From: a virus
IMG/VR virus record: IMGVR_UViG_3300020447_000001
Coordinates: 1-64,000 of that record
Direction: 5' to 3' (one strand)
DNA: 64,000 nucleotides
This document shows positions 18,694 to 27,954 of the stretch, in pieces. Numbering within the stretch: position 1 is the stretch's first letter; every line of letters begins with the position of its first letter. The notes beneath the pieces are model-generated. The model worked only from the letters and a program-made list of their open reading frames with translations. It was not told the DNA's origin and searched no databases. The translations under genes were made by a program, and so were the position numbers.

Positions 18694-19627
18694 ATTTCCT
18701 AAGAACCCTACTCCAGCGGAGCTTCGTCGTGCTTATGCTGACGGGTTTTGTGGCTCGCAGTGCGATCCCAAGGATGTTGCAAAACTGTTAGGGGAGTTGC
18801 CGCATCCTCTTTTCGGCGCTTCCGCTTACGAATTAGACGGTAGCGGCGAAGGGAAAGTGTCACTGCCTTTTAAGTCGTTGTTAAAGTTTGATCCAGGTTT
18901 TGGTCCTGATGAAAAGCAAACCACTGGCGATTGTGTCAGCCATGCCACTCGGAATGCAGTGGATATTACGCGGTGCGTGGAAATTGACGTAAAAAAAGAA
19001 TCGGAATCCTTTATTGCCCGTGGGGCTACCGAGGGTATATACGGCTCTCGGGGGCATAGCGGTCAAGGTATGTCATGTTCGCGTGCAGCTCGTTTTGTGT
19101 CAGACGAAGGCGGTATTTTAATAAGGAAAAATTACGAAGGTGTCATTGATCTCTCGACATATGACAGTTCAATCGGCTCAAAGTGGGGACGCCAAGGTGT
19201 TCCCGATAATGTTGAGAAAATAGGACGTAAACATCAAGTTCTAACTGTTTCGTTAATATCTACGATTGCGGAAGCTAAGGATGCTTTAGCAAATGGCTAT
19301 GCGATTTCGGTGTGTTCAGGGCATGGATTTTCGTCACGTCGTGATGATAACGGCTACGCAAATAAAAAAGGCGGGTGGTCGCACGCGATGGCCTGGATCG
19401 GAAATAACGATACGAAAGCTAATGGCGGTCCTGGTTTCTTGGTTCAGAATAGTTGGGGAGTTTGGAATGGTGGAGGTACTTCGTACGATCAGCCTCCCGG
19501 TAGTTTTTGGATTGACTATAAGAACGCAGAAAGCATGCTAGCTGCACGAGGGTCTTGGGTGTTTTCAGATGTAGATGGATTTCCACCTAGAAAACTGCCA
19601 GACTACGGCGGCTCATTATGGGGATAA
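18686..19627 (+). CDS. Papain-like (C1) cysteine peptidase
   Basis: Catalytic motifs QTTGDCVSHA (Q, C), WSHAMAWIG (H) and LVQNSWG (N) in C1A order. Confidence 0.85.
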   Translation: MAKFPKNPTPAELRRAYADGFCGSQCDPKDVAKLLGELPHPLFGASAYELDGSGEGKVSLPFKSLLKFDPGFGPDEKQTTGDCVSHATRNAVDITRCVEIDVKKESESFIARGATEGIYGSRGHSGQGMSCSRAARFVSDEGGILIRKNYEGVIDLSTYDSSIGSKWGRQGVPDNVEKIGRKHQVLTVSLISTIAEAKDALANGYAISVCSGHGFSSRRDDNGYANKKGGWSHAMAWIGNNDTKANGGPGFLVQNSWGVWNGGGTSYDQPPGSFWIDYKNAESMLAARGSWVFSDVDGFPPRKLPDYGGSLWG

Positions 19628-19631
19628 TATC

Positions 19632-20126
19632 ATGAGCAAATTTATGCTAAGTTTTGTTCTTCCAGTAATCATAACAACCACTTGGTTTCCACCGTTTGAT
19701 AGTCGTGCTGAGGTTGTCCCGCTACGAGACTGGGCACCTGTAATTTCTACACAATTGATGACGGTGTCTTTTGTGGAAGAAGAGGTAAAACCTGATATAC
19801 CGGATCTAGTGCCTAATGAGGATCCTGCAAAATGTCCTTGCAAAGGCACAGGTAAGATAACACACGGCGACGGGCATCAAACTGATTGCCCATTTCACGG
19901 TAACCAAGATTCTACTAGTGATGCAGAGTTACCAGTTTGTCCGCTTAATGCGGAAGGAGAGTCTGCACATAAATGTAAATGTGACACAGATGAAACGTAT
20001 TGTAACTGCAAAGAGGTGCACGGAAAATGCTCGTGCGCAGCCAGGGGTCCAGCTACGAAAAGTCAAGACTCAGATGAGTCCCCGCGTAGAAATCGGAGAT
20101 CCCGTTTATTTAGGGGGAGAACATGA
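19632..20126 (+). CDS. Exported Cys-rich protein
   Basis: Hydrophobic N-terminus from ATG 19632; CPCKGTG...CPFH and CKC/CNC/CSC clusters. Confidence 0.6.
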   Translation: MSKFMLSFVLPVIITTTWFPPFDSRAEVVPLRDWAPVISTQLMTVSFVEEEVKPDIPDLVPNEDPAKCPCKGTGKITHGDGHQTDCPFHGNQDSTSDAELPVCPLNAEGESAHKCKCDTDETYCNCKEVHGKCSCAARGPATKSQDSDESPRRNRRSRLFRGRT

Positions 20127-20467
20127 ACATAGTTACGCCGTCCTACGGGTTAGGGCCTAAATTGCCTGCTATCGAAGGCGGGGAAGAAATTGTTGCGGAG
20201 ATAGTACAAAAGGTTACTGCTCTCCTAAGTGCTCAAGGGCTTGAGCTAGGCAAGTTTGCTAAAATTAAAGGTGACGACGCTATTAATTTAAAAATCACTG
20301 CGCACCCTTCGGACGGGAGTTTACGTGTGGAGATATTAAGTCCGCAGCCTCGTTTAAACCTTATGGGCTGGTTAAAAAGCAATATTAAAGGCGTTATAGT
20401 TACGCCGAAATTGTTAAAAGTCGAGATGAATGGATTTCCCGACTTGGAGGTGGAAATTAAATCATGA
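20123..20467 (+). CDS. Hypothetical protein
   Basis: 114 aa, ATGA-coupled to neighbours. Confidence 0.6.
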   Translation: MNIVTPSYGLGPKLPAIEGGEEIVAEIVQKVTALLSAQGLELGKFAKIKGDDAINLKITAHPSDGSLRVEILSPQPRLNLMGWLKSNIKGVIVTPKLLKVEMNGFPDLEVEIKS

Positions 20468-20841
20468 GCAAGCCAAAAGATTACGCTTTAAACACGGTTC
20501 AGGACTGGGTGTGTTCTGAACTAAACTACGGTCGTAGTGGTATGCGAGCTAAGATTGCAAAAGGATCATCTTCGAAAGCACTAGAGTGGTGGGCTAAAGA
20601 GGGATTTTTGCAGTTTGGCGCTATTCGTGCAGATGGCAGTGATGAAGTTAAATACAACGCAAGAATTGCGTGTCGTACATTTGTTAGATCTAATTATCGG
20701 TACGGTAATCCATTAATAGCGATTATTTTCTCTATTATTATTCAAGTGGTTATTAGTGCGATCGCTCAAATCATTATCGATTGGTTATTCTCGGATACTG
20801 AGGGCGCAGAATATTACGGGAAAATTTATAACGTTGATTAG
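20464..20841 (+). CDS. Hypothetical membrane protein
   Basis: 125 aa with a C-terminal hydrophobic stretch LIAIIFSIIIQVVISAIAQIII. Confidence 0.6.
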   Translation: MSKPKDYALNTVQDWVCSELNYGRSGMRAKIAKGSSSKALEWWAKEGFLQFGAIRADGSDEVKYNARIACRTFVRSNYRYGNPLIAIIFSIIIQVVISAIAQIIIDWLFSDTEGAEYYGKIYNVD

Positions 20842-20843
20842 AC

Positions 20844-22400
20844 ATGGCTAAATACACGTACCCTAATAGTGATTTAGATAAAGCAGACAAACTTCTTAGC
20901 GTTATAGGAAGTTATTGGTCTACTACGTATCTAGGGATGGACTTTTTAAGCGATGTGTTAAAGTCTAAAGCTGGTTTGACGGCACAAACTTGGCTTAACT
21001 TCATGGAGCTTATAGCGTCTATTTCTCGCTTTTCCATACCAATTTTTCACCGCGAAAATTGGTATCCTATTGTAGTTAAAGAGTCTGAAGTTAATTCTTT
21101 TGATACTTTAGTTCCAGATTATATAACTGGATCATCTAATACTTACAGCCTCGGTACGAGTTTGTCTTACGGCAAACCGGTTTCTGCTGACGGTTATTAT
21201 GCCATTTCAACACCCGAAAATTTTAAATCGGTTAGAAATATACTAAGCGGTATCGCTAACCCTTCTGTTATTTGGGTAGACGGCATGGACTACTGGATGC
21301 AAGAGGACGGCATCCTAATACTTAGAAACAACCCGTTTGATGGTGACTTGTTTCCTATAAAAGATATTTTTGTTGGCGGAAAAGTCACTGACCGAGAATG
21401 TATTATTTGGGCATATTCCGGGGAGTGGGACTTTAACACAGTTTACCAGCAGTTTGGATACGCGCTTGAAACGCATATGCAATCTAGCGAAGGCTACTTA
21501 GAGATTATAAACGCTGTTCTGGATGCACTTACTGGAGGAACAAAAGCGAAGGACCTGCAATATGCTTGGTCTGCCATCACCGGTATTCCATTGACATTGT
21601 CAGAATCGGAAACTGTGGAACTTGTGGCAAATGACGCACGGTCAAAAGTAATTGTAACAGACAAAAACGCCTACAAATTCCCCCCAGGATCGGCAGCTAT
21701 TGTGGGTGTTGGGGACGTGGTTTATGCAGGAGACGCTCTTGTCGATACCCTGCAAATCTATGAATTTACTAACGGTTCAGTTCCAGCCTCCCTGACAGGC
21801 CTTGTTATGGGGCCTGGGTTTTTGTCCTTAGGGTTCTTTAGCGAATTAACCTTCGAAAACAAGGATGTTGACGTTGTAGTTGAAGAGAATGTCGACGGAT
21901 ATACGAAGGTTTCGTGGCCGTTGGGTGGATTTATTGAGGACGCTAACAAATTCTGGAAGGATGTCCACGATAAAGGCGTTAAAGAAGGCAAAACGTTAGC
22001 AATGTATATGGACATTCGTCCAGATCCTCAATATCAGCCCACAGCGATAAATTTGCCAGAAACAGTGAACCCGTTGGAGTTCCTTTCGGAGAACTTTCTG
22101 AGGTACAATACCTTCTTGGTCAAGATTAACACCCGATACCTTGGGAAAGACAAATTACCCTCTATTCCAGCGAATTTACTGCGAAAAATAATTCCTCCGC
22201 AGACTGCAATGATTGTGCTGGTAGAATTGGTTCAAAAAGACAATCCTGTTATTATGGAGGGTGCTGGGAGTGCTATTAAGCCAGGATACGAAGAAACATT
22301 TTCCTCTTTTCCTTGCATGGTGACTGGAGAAGCTATCCTTGGGACTTCCGGGATTGAGGAAAGAGTCAAAGTTTACCTGATTTCAGGTCGATGCCAGTAA
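20844..22400 (+). CDS. Probable baseplate wedge/peripheral protein
   Basis: 518 aa; ALTGGTKAKDLQYAWSAITGIP and C-terminal LLRKIIPPQT resemble GpI/gp7-like wedge subunits; precedes the fibre genes. Confidence 0.5.
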   Translation: MAKYTYPNSDLDKADKLLSVIGSYWSTTYLGMDFLSDVLKSKAGLTAQTWLNFMELIASISRFSIPIFHRENWYPIVVKESEVNSFDTLVPDYITGSSNTYSLGTSLSYGKPVSADGYYAISTPENFKSVRNILSGIANPSVIWVDGMDYWMQEDGILILRNNPFDGDLFPIKDIFVGGKVTDRECIIWAYSGEWDFNTVYQQFGYALETHMQSSEGYLEIINAVLDALTGGTKAKDLQYAWSAITGIPLTLSESETVELVANDARSKVIVTDKNAYKFPPGSAAIVGVGDVVYAGDALVDTLQIYEFTNGSVPASLTGLVMGPGFLSLGFFSELTFENKDVDVVVEENVDGYTKVSWPLGGFIEDANKFWKDVHDKGVKEGKTLAMYMDIRPDPQYQPTAINLPETVNPLEFLSENFLRYNTFLVKINTRYLGKDKLPSIPANLLRKIIPPQTAMIVLVELVQKDNPVIMEGAGSAIKPGYEETFSSFPCMVTGEAILGTSGIEERVKVYLISGRCQ

Positions 22401-22434
22401 AATAACGATATAAGGCCGTTAAAGGACTAACAGC

Positions 22435-23031
22435 ATGGAATTTATTTCGTCAAATCAGTTGAAAGGCCGAGTACGTTGTTACGAAGCTCCTACGGACGAT
22501 ATTGCTACTTGGACACCTATCACAGATTGGGATTCAAACCTAGTTGTTTACGAGTGGGGCTCTATCGTCGGTCATTTGCTTAACGGTTCTGGTGTTAACT
22601 ACAGTGTTGGCGGCATGTATCTTGAGTATCTAAATGGCGGCAGTGCTGTATCCCCAACTCCGTCTTTAGGGCGTGACCGTTCAGTTAGTTATTACAATAA
22701 TTTAGCTGGCCAAACTGACCATGATTATCTAAGAGTACCTCTTACCGCTACGCAATTGTTGTCGTCTGACAATGATTTGTTTCCCAACGGTAATCAGTGC
22801 GTATTTTTTGCACGAAGTGCGGGTACTTCTGGCGTTCACGGTAAACCGTTTAGTGACACTGCCAATACAGGCGGTTCGATGATGTTTGGAGCTTCTTTGG
22901 TAGCGTTTGTTGATGATACTGACGCCACGCAAGATTTGATACTTAGTTCTTTCTATTTTGCTACTTCTGATCAACAACTTAAGCTAGCAACTAGTCAGAT
23001 AGGCATTGAGTGGGAACTCACATTGCAATAA
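22435..23031 (+). CDS. Probable tail fibre attachment/collar protein
   Basis: 198 aa with SNLVVYEW...VGGMYLEY and a terminal IGIEWELTLQ; located between wedge and fibre genes. Confidence 0.45.
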   Translation: MEFISSNQLKGRVRCYEAPTDDIATWTPITDWDSNLVVYEWGSIVGHLLNGSGVNYSVGGMYLEYLNGGSAVSPTPSLGRDRSVSYYNNLAGQTDHDYLRVPLTATQLLSSDNDLFPNGNQCVFFARSAGTSGVHGKPFSDTANTGGSMMFGASLVAFVDDTDATQDLILSSFYFATSDQQLKLATSQIGIEWELTLQ

Positions 23032-23043
23032 GGACGCTCAAGG

Positions 23044-25467
23044 ATGAGCTTAGAACGATTTATAAAGTATATTCAAGAGGGGGAACCAGTTGCTCCTGGT
23101 ACGCCCAATCGCCCTCTTCAGCAATTAGATCAAAACATCAAATATCTTAAGGATATTATTGATGCCGCTCACCTTGGATCTACCGTATATGCCCGTGAGC
23201 AGACCGTAGAATCTACGCTCGAAGTAGGAATGCCGGTCTACTGGAATACTAGTAACGGACGTTTTGAAGCGGCTATAGCAAAGACTGAGACTGACCCAAC
23301 TACGGGTTATGTTAGATCAAGCCCCGCCTCTGAGGTGTGGGGCATTATTGCGATAAAGCATGAAGCAAAGAATGCCGATATTTTGTTGTTTGGTTATGCG
23401 ACTATCGACATTAAAGCCGCTACCGGTTCTAGCGGGGTGGTTCCCGCAGGAACGTATTATCTGTCTGGTGTAAACGAAGGTAAATTGATACTTCAAAAAC
23501 CAGCAATTACAGCCCCGGTTCTACGGGCAGATGGTTCTGGAAATGTTTTTGTTAATCCGTCGTTTGTTGATTTTCTAGATAACCATCAGCACTTCAAATT
23601 TGATTTGTTAATGGAGCCTGCCGGAACTACATTTCCGCCTTACGTAGGTTTCTTCACTGGCGGTTATATGCCCGACCGGACTACCCCGTCCCCAGTAATT
23701 AATCCTGTAATACACACAATTGGTAACGCAGACTCAAGTTTACGTGGGTGGTTACCAGCTGACGATGCTGTGTTTGAAGGCAACGCACCGGACGGTGCAA
23801 AATTTGGCTATAACTTGTCTGCGGAGCCCCAGCTTGATAATCTGTTTCCGCCAATTCCTTTGGAAAGTGTTGATGTTGAGCTACAACGTCCGTCCATATA
23901 TGACTCTATGGGCAGTGTGCAGATTGACATAACTGATGCGTTTAATAAGGCGGATAACGGCAATGTTACTTATTCTGTCGCCTCTGGCTTAACGCGATCT
24001 AAAACCTTTGAAGTTAATCTGCTTAATTCGTCTGGCGGAATTGTAGGGGCATCACCAGAACTTGGCGATACTATCCTTGTAAATACAATGCCCACGCAAG
24101 GCGCCGCATTGGGAGGCGAACATGCAGGCATTGTTTACAAGGTATTTTTGTCGCCCGCAGGTAACCCTGGAGACTCTCCGGTCGTAGAGTTATGCGTTAC
24201 AAATCCCACAACCTCGACAATAAATTTCCCGGACGCTGGCGTACATGTACGACTTACAGTCATAAAAGATAAGAAGAATTGGAAGATGATGACGATGTCC
24301 AAGCAGGTGCTTGATGACTTCGTCAAAATTGATCGTTACGGTATTTGGTGGATGAAGAATTGCTATGATCAAGTACCGTGGCCCACTGAGCTTGATTCTT
24401 TCGCTTCTGCGGATTCTGAATCGTATCCTGATTGTCCCAGTTCCTCTGGGTCTCAAATGCGGCTGTACTTTACGAAAGTAAACTTTGCCACTGATCATGC
24501 TGTCGTTAGCAGCTTAACGTCAGTTGACAGTAGAATCAAAGTCTACTGTGCTGGCAGTACAACCACTCGAGAAGTTGGCGATTTAGACATAGACTTGGAT
24601 TTCAGTTTTGCTACGACAGAAAATGTATCTGGGCATCAAGTACTAAAATATTTAGATGCGGATACGGCTATAATTAAACGAGGACCAGTAACTGAAGGAA
24701 TTTACTCCACGACGCCTGGAACAGTTACATTAATAAGTGACAATACCGCAACCGATACAGCGGTTGTTGGTGGTGTTGATCAGGCTGTTTACCAAGGTAT
24801 AGTGGGTATTGGATTAACGACAGCGCCATCTCAAATTTTAGCGTCACAATTGGTTCGTTTAGACGGTGTTACGGAAGAACACACACCGTTGCTTTATTTA
24901 GGTATGAATCACGAGTACTCTACCTCTTACGTTGTTAAGTTTGAGGTACCTTCTGACGCGCCTGAGTATTCTTTTCTTTCTTTTAGGCTTAGACTGATTG
25001 GACGTGTAATTGGTACATTTCCAAAGTTATCAATTAAATACGAGGTGGCCGCAGAGCCGAGTAGCTCCCCCGCAACAAATACGGGGTATACAAGAACATT
25101 AATCGCAGTACCAAGCACAACTGGCGGAATAATTGATACAACGACCGAGTATACCACACAGGCTCCTAATGAGCGTTTTGGTGTTTTATCTCAATCTGGA
25201 ACAATGATGACGGCGGCAACTGTTAGTGCAGTTGATGTAAGCATTTTAACGTCTGACTTAGCTTATGGAACCCACCCCTTGACTCCCGTCAAGTATGGAG
25301 TTGGATTTGGTGTTAGCCCCGGTGATATTGTTTATATAACTGTTTCCAGAATAATTACCACCGATCAACTAGATGACTACGTAGGTGAGTTGGGCATTAT
25401 TTCTCAAACAGGAGTTCTTAACAGGCCCGTAACAGAATCGCCTTGGTATCCCCCGGACCCGACATAG
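23044..25467 (+). CDS. Probable proximal tail fibre/baseplate protein
   Basis: N-terminal IQEGEPVAPGTPNRPLQQLDQNIKYLK is typical of fibre-attachment N-termini; 807 aa, beta-rich. Confidence 0.55.
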   Translation: MSLERFIKYIQEGEPVAPGTPNRPLQQLDQNIKYLKDIIDAAHLGSTVYAREQTVESTLEVGMPVYWNTSNGRFEAAIAKTETDPTTGYVRSSPASEVWGIIAIKHEAKNADILLFGYATIDIKAATGSSGVVPAGTYYLSGVNEGKLILQKPAITAPVLRADGSGNVFVNPSFVDFLDNHQHFKFDLLMEPAGTTFPPYVGFFTGGYMPDRTTPSPVINPVIHTIGNADSSLRGWLPADDAVFEGNAPDGAKFGYNLSAEPQLDNLFPPIPLESVDVELQRPSIYDSMGSVQIDITDAFNKADNGNVTYSVASGLTRSKTFEVNLLNSSGGIVGASPELGDTILVNTMPTQGAALGGEHAGIVYKVFLSPAGNPGDSPVVELCVTNPTTSTINFPDAGVHVRLTVIKDKKNWKMMTMSKQVLDDFVKIDRYGIWWMKNCYDQVPWPTELDSFASADSESYPDCPSSSGSQMRLYFTKVNFATDHAVVSSLTSVDSRIKVYCAGSTTTREVGDLDIDLDFSFATTENVSGHQVLKYLDADTAIIKRGPVTEGIYSTTPGTVTLISDNTATDTAVVGGVDQAVYQGIVGIGLTTAPSQILASQLVRLDGVTEEHTPLLYLGMNHEYSTSYVVKFEVPSDAPEYSFLSFRLRLIGRVIGTFPKLSIKYEVAAEPSSSPATNTGYTRTLIAVPSTTGGIIDTTTEYTTQAPNERFGVLSQSGTMMTAATVSAVDVSILTSDLAYGTHPLTPVKYGVGFGVSPGDIVYITVSRIITTDQLDDYVGELGIISQTGVLNRPVTESPWYPPDPT

Positions 25468-25520
25468 AAACAAGTACGTTTATTTAATTATTACGCCATT
25501 AGAATATAGCCGAGGTATGG

Positions 25521-26474
25521 ATGCCTCTATCAACATGGAATTTAGAGTGGTTAAATCACAACAGCCAACGAAAATACCCCCTTGCAGATGATGCAAGTAG
25601 GTATGACAGTGGGGCTGATGCTTCGTTTCGAATTCCTGACGACTTTATAGTGCAAATAGATCTACCTATTCATAGCGCTATGGAGATGGATCCCTCAGGA
25701 TTTTTTATTCGTCAAATTGTGGCTACCGGCACGGGCTACTCAATTGTTGTTGCTTTTCAACAAAGCGCAGTATCAGCAGTTGATGTAGCAGCAGCACATA
25801 TACCTATTTCTTCACACACAACGGAGTATAAAACGTACGCGTTAGGCGGAATTGAACCTTTTGACGATACAATAGGAAAGATAACTATTAACAGTCTTGC
25901 TGGTATTTCTCTTCAACCAGCAGGGCTATGGAACTTCACTCGTGCTGGTGCCGGTTTAACTCCGGATGCCATCCGTCCTATTATCCAGGGCGTGCAATCC
26001 ATAAGTGTCGCTCAGAGTGCTGGCATATCTAGTAATAAACTTTACGGCGATATAGAGCTGATAGCCGGAGATAACATCGAGCTTATTGTAGACGGTCAAG
26101 AGGTATGGATTAGTGCAATTGACGGTGCAGGAACTGTTGCTACATGTGAGTGCGAAGGAGATGCTGCGGCTCTTCCGTGTATAAAAACAATTAATGGAAT
26201 ACCCCCTAATAATGAAGGGCAAATGTACTTGGTAGGCGACGATTGCTTAGAGTTTTCTTCAAGCGAAAATGCAATTGAGGTCGCTGATAAGTGTTGTGCT
26301 CCCTGTTGTGGCTGTACTGAGCTAGAAGCCATAACGAAAGATTTAGAGAGATTTCTCCAGCAACAATCGAACTTAGAGGTATTTGTAAAAGAATTGAAAA
26401 CGTCTGTAACTGAAATGAATATTACGGTTCTCGGCTCGCGACTTGGCGATCGAGGATGTATTACCTGTGAATAA
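25521..26474 (+). CDS. Virion fibre-associated paralog A (W-x-N-x-N..R-x-YP family)
   Basis: EWLNHNSQRKYPL, LYGDIELIAGDNI, CIKTINGIPP, CCAPCCGC, coiled-coil end. Confidence 0.55.
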   Translation: MPLSTWNLEWLNHNSQRKYPLADDASRYDSGADASFRIPDDFIVQIDLPIHSAMEMDPSGFFIRQIVATGTGYSIVVAFQQSAVSAVDVAAAHIPISSHTTEYKTYALGGIEPFDDTIGKITINSLAGISLQPAGLWNFTRAGAGLTPDAIRPIIQGVQSISVAQSAGISSNKLYGDIELIAGDNIELIVDGQEVWISAIDGAGTVATCECEGDAAALPCIKTINGIPPNNEGQMYLVGDDCLEFSSSENAIEVADKCCAPCCGCTELEAITKDLERFLQQQSNLEVFVKELKTSVTEMNITVLGSRLGDRGCITCE

Positions 26475-26485
26475 GGAGAAAAAGG

Positions 26486-26809
26486 ATGGCATTAAGCCCT
26501 GAAGACAAAGAAATCTTGGATCCGTTCATGAATGATCTTCGTGCGTTGTGCGGAGAGATGAGTCGAGTAGCGGGTAACGCTAGGCTTCTGAACGATGCTT
26601 ATTTAGCGACAACTCAAGCAATCATAGACGGTTTAGATGCTGGAGAAGTCGTGGAAAATGCATCTGGTCTGGCTGGCACCACTGATCTAACAAAGGAAGA
26701 AATTCTGACGATGACTGCCTTTTTAGCCCAAGTACCTGCGATGAGTACTGACATTATTCGTCAGCTGTTTACAAAAGCTGTTGGTACCAAGAATATGAGT
26801 TCTTCTTAA
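26486..26809 (+). CDS. Hypothetical protein
   Basis: 107 aa, RBS aaggaga, TAATG-coupled to the next gene. Confidence 0.65.
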   Translation: MALSPEDKEILDPFMNDLRALCGEMSRVAGNARLLNDAYLATTQAIIDGLDAGEVVENASGLAGTTDLTKEEILTMTAFLAQVPAMSTDIIRQLFTKAVGTKNMSSS

Positions 26810-27954
26810 TGACTATAAATCGAAACGAATATTATGTTCGTCCTGTAAATGGTAATGATAGCACTGGCGATGGACTAAGCCACGCTACTGCGTGGTTAAC
26901 CACAGTGCATGCGATGGAGACTATTACCATCGATCTTACTGATGGGGACAGGATTAATATTTGTGATGAAGGGACCGATACTCTTACGGGGATATTACCG
27001 TTTTCGACTTATGGTAGTCATACAAATAACGCAGCTGGGATAGTTTTCGAAGGCTATACGGCTACAGCTGGTGACGGAGGCATATTCACCATTGATGGAA
27101 ACGGTTATCCGATTACGCCTAACTTGACTGATGGTGATTTCATAACCTTTCAGAACGGTAAAATTACGAATTGGGGCCAATGGGGTTTCGCTTGTCAGAT
27201 AGACGATTATTGTTTCTTTGTAAACATGGAATTTGACGGAACAAAATCAGGTACGAATTGCTCTAAAGCTCTATCTCTTGGATCGTATTGCCATATAACC
27301 GGGTGTAAATTTCACAATCTGTCTGACACTAGCGCGGGTTGTATATATGTAAATACAGGAGGACATATAGTCAACAACTATATCGAAGCTTCTGCAAATC
27401 CGGTTGTGCGGCTTTATACCGGCTTGTTTGTAACTGGAAATATAATAATAAATTCTCGCTCTTCTGCCAGTGAATGCATTGAGTTTCGAAATGGCCGCGA
27501 GGGTTCCGTCAGGAATAATACGTTGATCCGTAATGGTGGTGGCACAGGACAAGCTATTGGCGTTTATCATACGGATGCCATATATTCTTCCCAATTAAGT
27601 GTTATAAATAATTACATTGAAGGTTATAGCGGCGTCGGCGCCAAAGGAGTTTATGTTACTTCAGGTGCGGGAAACAATTATGTCTCTAATAACTATTACC
27701 ATAATTGCACTACCGCAGAAGATCTTTCAGGGTCAGCCATATACGAACGAAAGGGACCGACAATTCTTAGCCCGGATTCAGGTCTCATAGACTGGGCTAA
27801 CGGTGATTTCCGCCCGGTAAAAGCCTTAATTGGTGAAGCAGAAACATCCCAATTTTTAACGACAGGTACAACGCGTTCAGTAGACGTTGGCGCAGTCCAA
27901 CGTGCTAGGGGCGCAATTGGTGGTCCAAATATGCAAGCGGGGAGAGCTCGATGA
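26809..27954 (+). CDS. Right-handed parallel beta-helix (pectin-lyase-like) protein; possible tailspike/depolymerase
   Basis: YYVRPVNGNDSTGDGLSHATAW start, then repeated strands (HITGCKFHN, HIVNNYIE, FVTGNIII, SVRNNTL, SVINNYIEG, YVSNNYYHN). Confidence 0.7.
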   Translation: MTINRNEYYVRPVNGNDSTGDGLSHATAWLTTVHAMETITIDLTDGDRINICDEGTDTLTGILPFSTYGSHTNNAAGIVFEGYTATAGDGGIFTIDGNGYPITPNLTDGDFITFQNGKITNWGQWGFACQIDDYCFFVNMEFDGTKSGTNCSKALSLGSYCHITGCKFHNLSDTSAGCIYVNTGGHIVNNYIEASANPVVRLYTGLFVTGNIIINSRSSASECIEFRNGREGSVRNNTLIRNGGGTGQAIGVYHTDAIYSSQLSVINNYIEGYSGVGAKGVYVTSGAGNNYVSNNYYHNCTTAEDLSGSAIYERKGPTILSPDSGLIDWANGDFRPVKALIGEAETSQFLTTGTTRSVDVGAVQRARGAIGGPNMQAGRAR

